A DNA stretch of 12,688 nucleotides from Nitrospirota bacterium (GTDB lineage Bacteria > Nitrospirota > Thermodesulfovibrionia > Thermodesulfovibrionales > Dissulfurispiraceae). The translations under genes and the position numbers were made by a program. Below are positions 1-7,029 of this stretch, piece by piece. Position 1 is the stretch's first letter. Each line of letters begins with the position of its first letter. The notes under the pieces are model-generated. The model was not told where the DNA came from, did not search any database, and saw only the letters and a program-made list of their open reading frames with translations. The DNA is taken from the NCBI GenBank assembly GCA_040754455.1, contig JBFMCP010000058.1:1-12688 (forward strand), written 5' to 3'.

Positions 1-255
1 AGACGCGTATAACTGTAACAGGCGGGGTAGATGTTTTATTGTCGGCTTATGCGAGTATCTACTGTCAGACAGAGCGAGCACTGTTTGACTGACGTCATGG
101 AATATTTGACCATGTTTTTAGGAACGGCTGATGCGACGAAATGCAGAGCGCCTGCCACTCGGCTCATGTCCGTCCTGATGCGTTTGCCCTCGAAAAAATG
201 CTTGAATGAGAGCAGGAAAAGGAGGAAAATTTAGGTGAGAGAGGAGGTGAGAGAT

Positions 256-432
256 ATGTTGAAATGGGCGTTGATATTTCTCATTATCTCACTTATCGCC
301 GGGCTCTTCGGCTTTTACGGTATCGCCGGCGTCGCCGCTTCAATAGCGAAGTTCCTGTTTTACCTCTTTTTGCTCGTGTTCGTTATTTTCCTGGTACTCG
401 GGATTACCGGCTACAGGAGGGTCACACGGTAG
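256..432 (+). CDS. DUF1328 (UPF0391/YtjA-like) small membrane protein, 58 aa
   Basis: [38 protein letters not shown] matches the DUF1328 pattern ([38 protein letters not shown]). Strong SD GAGGAGGT at 241-248 precedes ATG 256. Confidence 0.93.
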   Translation: MLKWALIFLIISLIAGLFGFYGIAGVAASIAKFLFYLFLLVFVIFLVLGITGYRRVTR

Positions 433-511
433 TATCTGCGTCGCTGGCGTGTGTGTAATCACCATAGATGGTGCTGTTCCGGATTGACATCCAGGGTGCT
501 GTGCAGCGTGG

Positions 512-545
512 TGCATAGCATGTATTCCTCCATGCTATGCATTTT
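512..545 (+). terminator. Probable intrinsic terminator between convergent genes
   Basis: Perfect 11-bp inverted repeat TGCATAGCATG (512-522) / CATGCTATGCA (531-541), 8-nt loop, then TTTT. Lies between the DUF1328 stop (432) and the quinone reductase stop (572). Confidence 0.6.
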
Positions 546-571
546 GTGTATCATTATGCCTTAAGCTCTGC

Positions 572-1534
572 TTAAGGGATGAGTACAATTTTCCCGAGAG
601 CGCTCGATTCGATGATGTCATGGTGAGCACGGGGAGCTTCGGATAACGGGAGCTCTCTGGTCACAACCGGATGCAGTGTCCCGTTTTCCAGCCCCGCTCC
701 GAGTGCCGCGTGCATACTGTAGAGCTCACGTTCTGTTGCACTGAGAAGGAGCATCCCGAGGATTGAGGCGTTGCGACGCATGGTATCGCGGGGATCGATC
801 TCGACAGTGCCGCGGCTCCCCACGACGATGACGCGGCCCCGTTCGGCAAGGATACCGAGGTCCCTGCCGAGATTGACATTGGCGAGCATCTCCAGGATCA
901 CCTCCACCCCTCTTCCCTCCGTCAAGGCGAGTATCTGTTCGAAATGACGGGGATCGCTATGATCGAGGACGTGGTGGGCTCCCTGTTCTCTAACGAGGGC
1001 TCGACCTTTTTCGGTACTGCTTGTCCCGATAACCCTCATCCCCGCACTCCTGGCAAGCTGCACGGCGGCAGTGCCGACGCCGCCGCTGGCGCCATGGACG
1101 AGGACCGTTTCTCCCGGCAGTGCATGGGCCCGGTAAAAGAGTGCATAATAGGCAGCGCCGTAGGGGACAAAGATCGAAGCTCCTTGAGCGAAGGAGACAT
1201 GCTCGGGAAGACGGTGTACCTGTGTTTGGCTGCAGAGCGCTTTTTCAGCATAGGTGCCGCTCAGCGACCCCGCGGTATATACCTTGTCGCCCGCAGCAAT
1301 ATCACGCACTCCCGAACCGACTGCTTCAACGACGCCTGCTCCGTCCATTCCCGGGGTATAGGGCAGACCGGGCTTTGATGGATACGCTCCCGAGCGGATA
1401 TATGTATCCACCGGGTTCACGCCTGCAGCGTATATCCTGACCACAATCTCACCGGCGCCGGGCGTTGGGTCAGGAACCTCTTCCAGTTGCATCACTTCCG
1501 GAGCCCCGAATGCATGCACCCTGATTGCTTTCAC
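572..1534 (-). CDS. qor: NADPH:quinone reductase (zeta-crystallin/Qor-like, MDR superfamily)
   Basis: MKAIRVHAFGAPEVM start, GVNPVDTYIRSG, PYTPGMDGAG, nucleotide-binding VLVHGASGGVG and C-terminal GKIVL. GTG start with GGAGAG SD. Confidence 0.92.
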   Translation of the reverse strand: MKAIRVHAFGAPEVMQLEEVPDPTPGAGEIVVRIYAAGVNPVDTYIRSGAYPSKPGLPYTPGMDGAGVVEAVGSGVRDIAAGDKVYTAGSLSGTYAEKALCSQTQVHRLPEHVSFAQGASIFVPYGAAYYALFYRAHALPGETVLVHGASGGVGTAAVQLARSAGMRVIGTSSTEKGRALVREQGAHHVLDHSDPRHFEQILALTEGRGVEVILEMLANVNLGRDLGILAERGRVIVVGSRGTVEIDPRDTMRRNASILGMLLLSATERELYSMHAALGAGLENGTLHPVVTRELPLSEAPRAHHDIIESSALGKIVLIP

Positions 1535-1622
1535 TGAGCTCTCCGCGTTAGTTTTTGATTAAACGATATCACGTTGCCTGTGTATTGTCAACGAGAAGCG
1601 ATATTTCCAGGGCTTAACTGTT

Positions 1623-1650
1623 TTGGAATTTGCGTACGTTGCTGTATAAT
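1623..1650 (+). promoter_or_regulatory. Putative sigma70 promoter of rsmE
   Basis: TTGGAA (1623-1628), 16-nt spacer, perfect TATAAT (1645-1650), 26 nt before ATG 1677. Confidence 0.45.
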
Positions 1651-1676
1651 TCTTTTGCTTGTTACGGGAAGACTCT

Positions 1677-2384
1677 ATGAACCTTATCATCCTTTTCGAA
1701 ACAGATTTCATTGACACTAACAGGGTACGGCTGGGAGGGCGTCGTTTCAGGCATGTCCTGGAAGTACATCGCGCCCGGGCAGGTGATGAGCTTACGGTCG
1801 GATTATTGAACGGCGGAATAGGTGCGGGGAGAATAACATTCCTCGATGAAGGTCGCCTTGAAATGGAGGTGTCCCTTGATCGTGAGCCCCCTCTACCTCT
1901 CCCGGTGACACTTGTACTGGCACTCCCCCGGCCCAAGGTGCTGAAAAGGGTGCTCATCGCCGCAAGCTCGATGGGGGTGAAACGAATCTATCTAATCAAT
2001 GCCTTTCGGGTCGAAAAGAGTTTCTGGAAAAGCCCGGTGTTGTACAGCGAGAGTATCAATGAGCAGCTGGTCCTCGGGCTCGAACAGGCACGTGATACGC
2101 TGTTGCCGGACGTCGTGCTTAAGCCGTTATTCAAGCCCTTTGTTGAGGATGAATTGCCCGGGATCATGGAGGGCACGCTTCGGCTTGTAGCGCATCCACA
2201 CGCTGCCGAACCTTGCCCGTGCGCAGTTGCTCGCCCGGTAACCCTTGCGGTGGGGCCCGAAGGCGGCTTTATTCCGTATGAGATTGAAAGATTAAAAGAG
2301 TGCGGGTTTAGACCGGTCTACCTGGGAGAGCGTATTCTCCGTACCGAAACAGCAGTGCCTGCACTCCTGGCAAAACTGTTCTGA
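1677..2384 (+). CDS. rsmE: 16S rRNA (uracil(1498)-N3)-methyltransferase RsmE
   Basis: RHVLEVHR, LVLALPRPKVLKR, LGLEQARDT, and SPOUT motifs AVGPEGGF and LGERILRTETAV. ATG 1677 preferred over TTG 1659. Confidence 0.93.
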   Translation: MNLIILFETDFIDTNRVRLGGRRFRHVLEVHRARAGDELTVGLLNGGIGAGRITFLDEGRLEMEVSLDREPPLPLPVTLVLALPRPKVLKRVLIAASSMGVKRIYLINAFRVEKSFWKSPVLYSESINEQLVLGLEQARDTLLPDVVLKPLFKPFVEDELPGIMEGTLRLVAHPHAAEPCPCAVARPVTLAVGPEGGFIPYEIERLKECGFRPVYLGERILRTETAVPALLAKLF

Positions 2385-2387
2385 CCT

Positions 2388-2660
2388 CTATGTCCCTTCC
2401 TCAGGTACTCCCTCCAGGAGCGCACCTATGCCTTTCAAGGCATTTATCTCATCGTCGGTAAAGCCGATGGCATTTTTCAGTTCCTCCCAGCTGGTGAATG
2501 AGCCGTTTTTATCCCTGTAGTCGATGATCCTCTCTGCCCGTGCCGCACCGATAAAGCCGATGGAGGCCAGCGTTTCAATGTCACTGAGGTTTATGTTTAT
2601 CCCTTCGGTTAAAGCCTCGGGCATTCTCCCGTCTACTCCCTTTAGCTCGGATCCTTGCAT
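2388..2660 (-). CDS. ComEA-family helix-hairpin-helix DNA-binding protein, 90 aa, no membrane anchor
   Basis: ININLSDIETLASIGFIGAARAERIIDYRDKNGSFTSWEEL matches the HHH_3/ComEA pattern (ININtAsxeeLxxlpGIGxxxAxxIixYRxxnGxFxsxeeL). SD AAGGAGG lies 5 nt before ATG 2660. Confidence 0.85.
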   Translation of the reverse strand: MQGSELKGVDGRMPEALTEGININLSDIETLASIGFIGAARAERIIDYRDKNGSFTSWEELKNAIGFTDDEINALKGIGALLEGVPEEGT

Positions 2661-2711
2661 GATATCCTCCTTCTGGAGCGCAACTGCGGTACGCATCCCC
2701 TCTTTTCTTCC

Positions 2712-2740
2712 AGTTTAACCGCAATCCCACATGCCTTCAA
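2712..2740 (-). promoter_or_regulatory. Possible internal sigma70 promoter for the HhH gene
   Basis: Minus strand TTGAAG (2740-2735), 17-nt spacer, TAAACT (2717-2712), in the gap between the SbcC-like stop and the HhH start. Confidence 0.35.
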
Positions 2741-2759
2741 CGATAGGGGAGTGCAATCG

Positions 2760-5186
2760 TTACCCGGCCTGCGGCGTACGGCCGAAGGGGTTCTCATGAG
2801 TCCCTGAATGCACATCCTTGCCGGCGAGCTCATCCATGGAGAGCACCTCATCAGCCAGTGCGACGACCTCGGGCGTATGGGAGATGAAGAACTCCCGTTC
2901 GTAGCCGCCGAGCTCCAAAACCCGCCGCTTTATGTGGATGAAGTCCTTCTTCTTCTCAGCATCGAGACCGCCGTCCTCCTCATCCGTGAAGAGGGTGCCA
3001 TAGGGGATGCCGCTTCTCCGCGCATTGAAGATGCATAAGGCATTCTTCACCGCAGCTTCGATGAGAATCTTCTCGCCGCCGGACATTGACCTTAGCGACT
3101 TCTGCTCGTTCCGTTCCGCATCAAAGACCACGATGTCGAAAATCTCCTTTGTTCCATTGCCTTTAGCCCTGTCCCCCTGCGTATCAATGCGCAACGAGAA
3201 CCTGCCGCCGAAGCAGGTATGAATGAGATCATTCGCGATCCCTGCTACGCTGGGGCCTGCATCGTCGATTTCGAGCGCAATCAGTCCGTCGTTGCCGAGC
3301 GCTTTTTCGAGAAAGGCCCACTCGGTAATATCTTTGCTCAGTATCGTGATCTGCTCGTTAACGGCCGCCAGGCGCCCTGCTGCTGCAGCTATCTGCCTGA
3401 GCTCCTCTTTGACCCGGCCTCTTTTTTCGAAGAGCCGCATCTGTTCATTCCGTACATCGGCAGTTGCCTTTGAGACGAGGGCATTGCGGTGCCGTGCCTT
3501 CTGCAGCGCTTCTTCGAGCCCCCCGGCATCGCTCATCGAATCAAGCTCTTTTCTGATATCATCCCTTTCCCGCTCAACAAAGGACAGTTCTCTGCGGAAT
3601 TCTTCTACGGTCCTATTCCCCTCCTCAATCAGTTCCCTGCGCTCCTGCTCGAGGAGGGGAAGCGCTCTCTCGGCCAGTTCTGCCTCAGGGAGCATTCTCA
3701 TCTTTTCACGAATGGCGACAAGTTTTCTTTCGAGTGCCATCAGCGATATTTTCACATGCTCCTTTGCAGCGAGGCAGCGCTTTACCTCGGCTTCGAGCTC
3801 CTGCTTTCGGACACTTTCTGCTTCAAGCGCCCTGATCTGCTCCTCGATGCGCTTCTCTTCGGCCTCTTTTTTGTCCAGCATGCTGAGGCGTTTCCGGAGT
3901 GAAGGCAGCGCCCTTCGCTCTTCTACAGCGGCTTTAACGAACGTGCATTCCGCAGCAGCAGCCGTCGTACCGCAGGGTAGAGCTCCGAGCTTCTCAGCAG
4001 CCTCTTCCGCCCGGCGGATATTCTGCTCCACTATTTCCTTTGCATGGCTCCGGTTAAGACGGAGGGTAGAGAGCTCTTTGGCGAGCTCCTCCATCCTTGT
4101 CTCAGTCTGTGCGGCTTTGGTGAGGAGCGCAGAGCATGAGACATAATGCGCATCGAGCTCCGCCTGTTTTTCTTTGAGGCTTTGAAAGGTCTGAGCAAGG
4201 GCCTCCTCGTCTTTTGCAGCGCTTCGCAGCGAGGCGACGGACCCGGCACGCTCTTTAGCCTCTTTCAATTTTGCGGTGACGGCCCGGTGTCTGGCATTGT
4301 AGAGCTCTCTCTTCTGCCGGAGCTGCGTATCGAGCTCCTTTGCCCTCGCCTCTTTCTCCGCAAGGCTCTTCAGCAGCAGTTCTCTCTTCTTCTCGTGATC
4401 ACGATGAAGGGTGATATGTACTTCAAGAACTTTGATCCTCTCATTGAGACAGGTCATCTCTTCCTCTAAGGCCCTGAGAGAGGTTTCCGTTTCTTCGAGT
4501 TTCCTCTCGATCTCCGCAAGACCGGCCTCCTTCTCCGGTGCGGCAGCGATGATCTCATTCAGATGCTGCTGCTCCTGGCGGAGCTCTTTGAGCGTACCAG
4601 AGAGTGCATCTTTCTGTCCCTTGGCGTGCTCGGCTTTTCTCTTGAGGTCTTCCGCATCGAGAAGCTCGGTGAATATCTCCTTCATCTCTCCCTTGGTGTA
4701 GCCGCTCAGTTCACGCGCCCTTTGGCGGCGGAATATGTAGGTAAAGAACCCGCGGGGGCTGCCGAGGAGCTCATGGACGGCGCGGTCGTAATCATCGAGC
4801 CTCCCGTCCCTCGTATCGCCGTATACCATCCATTCCTCTCCGTCCTTGAGAAACAGATATGCCTCCTGGCTCTTTCTTTGTGCATCGATACGCACCACGC
4901 TTTTGTACGTGCGGTCTCCGACAAGGAATTCCAGCTCTTTGCAGGCATCGCGGCCGTAGGTTTCATTGTAGAAGCTGAATGAGCCTTCGGAGTAGTCTCC
5001 TGACCGGTACGGCATGATCCGGTAGGGATGAAGGTTATCGAGCAGTGTTGTCTTACCACTCCCGATGGGACCGGTGATCGCCACCAAACCTTTCGACAGA
5101 TGAGAAAGGTCGATCTTCAGCTCATCCACGCCGCAGGCGGACCTGATTCCCTTGAACCCTTTCAAACGAATTTTTAGCGGAATCAT
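2760..5186 (-). CDS. SbcC/Rad50-like SMC-family ATPase, 808 aa
   Basis: N-terminal Walker A GPIGSGKTT, long coiled coil, central LPC-X8-C, ABC signature MSGGE, Walker B/D-loop LFTDEEDGGLD, H-loop FFISHT. Starts 15 nt after the SbcD-like stop, with GGAG SD. Confidence 0.93.
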   Translation of the reverse strand: MIPLKIRLKGFKGIRSACGVDELKIDLSHLSKGLVAITGPIGSGKTTLLDNLHPYRIMPYRSGDYSEGSFSFYNETYGRDACKELEFLVGDRTYKSVVRIDAQRKSQEAYLFLKDGEEWMVYGDTRDGRLDDYDRAVHELLGSPRGFFTYIFRRQRARELSGYTKGEMKEIFTELLDAEDLKRKAEHAKGQKDALSGTLKELRQEQQHLNEIIAAAPEKEAGLAEIERKLEETETSLRALEEEMTCLNERIKVLEVHITLHRDHEKKRELLLKSLAEKEARAKELDTQLRQKRELYNARHRAVTAKLKEAKERAGSVASLRSAAKDEEALAQTFQSLKEKQAELDAHYVSCSALLTKAAQTETRMEELAKELSTLRLNRSHAKEIVEQNIRRAEEAAEKLGALPCGTTAAAAECTFVKAAVEERRALPSLRKRLSMLDKKEAEEKRIEEQIRALEAESVRKQELEAEVKRCLAAKEHVKISLMALERKLVAIREKMRMLPEAELAERALPLLEQERRELIEEGNRTVEEFRRELSFVERERDDIRKELDSMSDAGGLEEALQKARHRNALVSKATADVRNEQMRLFEKRGRVKEELRQIAAAAGRLAAVNEQITILSKDITEWAFLEKALGNDGLIALEIDDAGPSVAGIANDLIHTCFGGRFSLRIDTQGDRAKGNGTKEIFDIVVFDAERNEQKSLRSMSGGEKILIEAAVKNALCIFNARRSGIPYGTLFTDEEDGGLDAEKKKDFIHIKRRVLELGGYEREFFISHTPEVVALADEVLSMDELAGKDVHSGTHENPFGRTPQAG

Positions 5187-5201
5187 AATGTCTCCATTTC
5201 T

Positions 5202-6920
5202 CTATTTACACTTACACTGAGCAGGCCCTCTCATTTCATCTTCTTCAAGCACCGTCAGCTTCGAAAGTATCCCCTCGGAAAGAGAGAGCCCATTGATCTC
5301 GGCATACTTCCTCAGTTTCTCCTCGAGGGAGCGTATCTGCGAGATGCCGGCTGCGCGCACCCGTTGCTGTGGAATTACCGACCGCTCGAACAGTACCTCG
5401 ACAGCTCCCTTATCCCTGAACGCACGCTCGATCGCTCGTTCGTCGACGGTCGCGAGTTCCTCTTGCCTGACCTTGTATTTGATGCGCACCGATGCTCCTG
5501 AAGTGATCTCAGGGATTCTGTGCAGAAGTGAGAGGTCCGGCTTTTCATTGAACTCGAATGTGAGGCGCGGTCTCGTGGGAATGATGATGAACCGTGACAG
5601 GAGTCCATCGGGCGAGAACTCGTGCACCCAGAAGCCCTTGTCCTCCTCTTCGCCGTAATTGAGCCGCGCGATCGAGCCGGAGTAGAAGACATTGTCCCGG
5701 TATTGCATCTTGTGCACATGGCCGAGGAGCACAAGATCCGCTCCCGATTGCTGCAGATCCTCGGTCCCGAGATCGATCGTCCGGCCTGTCGCCTGCTGGC
5801 CGGTGCTCATAACCGAGCCTTTTACCATCAGATGTCCTGCAAGGATGACCGGGATGCCCGCAGTCCGTGCCGCTGCCGAGAGATCATTCCAGAGCGTGAA
5901 TGTGCTTCTGAGGAGGTCGAACGGCTCTTTGTTCCCTTTCTCGAGAGAATGTTGCGCGCGCGAGACAAGCTCGGCCTTGCTTACCGGCGGGATGGCATAG
6001 ATGAGTGCATCGAGGGTGTCGATATCTTCAATGCCGTCGAACGTGCCCTCACGGAGGCCGATGCATCCGATGCGGTCCATGACGCGGACCGCATGTCGGG
6101 CTCCAATGTGGGATAAGACCTCGACGGTGCGGCCGTCGTGGTCGGAGGTGCCCTGGAGTACGAGCACCGGAGCGGTATTCGCGAGCGTCTTTATAAACGC
6201 AACCGCTTTCCGGAATGCGGGGGTATCATAATACTGCCGCTCATCGAGCAGGTCGCCTGCTGAGATAATGAGGTGAGGCCGCATGTGCTTCGCCGCTTTG
6301 ACAATAAACGCCGCGCTCTTTTTGATCTCCTCAAGGTCCTTGTCCCTGAAATGCTGGTCCGCAACATGGAGGACCCTGAGCTTCCGCGCGCCGCCTTTAT
6401 AGGAGAGGGTACGCACGACGAGGCCTTCGATGCCCGAAGGAAAGGAGCTCGTGCTGTATCCCATTGAGATGATCAGTCCCTCTGCCTGCGGCTTCACCTC
6501 GTCAGGTAGGTCGTGGAAGTGTTCGATCAGAATATCCACCTTATCCTGGGTATTCTCTATATCCTTCATGAAGGCGCTCCAGAAGGAGACCGCCTCCCTG
6601 GCATTCCCCACAGGAGGACGGGAGAATTCCTTCACGAGTCCTGACCACGAGAGAGTGCGGCGGCGCGCCTTGAGCCGCTCAAAGCCCGCTTCTCCCCCGA
6701 TTGCCTTATAGACCCTGTAGACCTGCGACAGGAAATCGGGGGGCACAGGGCAGCCCTCCTTTGCAAGGGCAATGGCAAGGCCCGGGAGTTTCTCCTCGCC
6801 GTTTCCGTGATATCGTTCGTGGAGGATCCTGCCGAGTTGGATATTCGTAGAGGCTGTTTCCATGATACTCTCGGACCGCTCCCGCAAGAGTTCCTTGAGA
6901 CTGTCCAAAAAGTCAGACAT
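5202..6920 (-). CDS. SbcD/Mre11-like metallophosphoesterase nuclease with a ~180-aa N-terminal extension, 572 aa
   Basis: Calcineurin-like motifs HVADQH, AGDLLD, QGTSDHD, LAGHL, LGHVH and YSGS..YGEEEDKG. SD AAGGAG precedes ATG 6920. Directly upstream of the SbcC-like gene. Confidence 0.9.
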   Translation of the reverse strand: MSDFLDSLKELLRERSESIMETASTNIQLGRILHERYHGNGEEKLPGLAIALAKEGCPVPPDFLSQVYRVYKAIGGEAGFERLKARRRTLSWSGLVKEFSRPPVGNAREAVSFWSAFMKDIENTQDKVDILIEHFHDLPDEVKPQAEGLIISMGYSTSSFPSGIEGLVVRTLSYKGGARKLRVLHVADQHFRDKDLEEIKKSAAFIVKAAKHMRPHLIISAGDLLDERQYYDTPAFRKAVAFIKTLANTAPVLVLQGTSDHDGRTVEVLSHIGARHAVRVMDRIGCIGLREGTFDGIEDIDTLDALIYAIPPVSKAELVSRAQHSLEKGNKEPFDLLRSTFTLWNDLSAAARTAGIPVILAGHLMVKGSVMSTGQQATGRTIDLGTEDLQQSGADLVLLGHVHKMQYRDNVFYSGSIARLNYGEEEDKGFWVHEFSPDGLLSRFIIIPTRPRLTFEFNEKPDLSLLHRIPEITSGASVRIKYKVRQEELATVDERAIERAFRDKGAVEVLFERSVIPQQRVRAAGISQIRSLEEKLRKYAEINGLSLSEGILSKLTVLEEDEMRGPAQCKCK

Positions 6921-6935
6921 AAAATCTCCTTCCAA

Positions 6936-7023
6936 GGCCCTCAGCGATCAGCTTTCAACGGTCAGCAAGGAAATGTGCGGCTATGTATCATGGTCTTTTG
7001 CTGATTGCTGATCGCTGAGGGCC
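6936..7023. repeat. Intergenic 17-bp perfect inverted repeat with inner 7-bp stem
   Basis: GGCCCTCAGCGATCAGC (6936-6952) / GCTGATCGCTGAGGGCC (7007-7023); inner TCAGCAA (6962-6968) / TTGCTGA (6998-7004). Confidence 0.9.
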
Positions 7024-7029
7024 GACAAC

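Noticed and set aside
31..234. 67-aa ORF upstream of the DUF1328 gene
   Set aside because: No recognisable domain or convincing SD; more likely promoter/UTR sequence.
2720..2737. Sigma54-like GGCAT...TTGC upstream of the HhH gene
   Set aside because: GG-to-GC spacing is 11 nt rather than the required 10.
3223..4146. 307-aa Ser-rich + strand ORF, and other + strand ORFs within 2760-6920
   Set aside because: Antisense shadows of the Glu/Lys/Leu-rich SbcC and SbcD genes; no motifs or SD.
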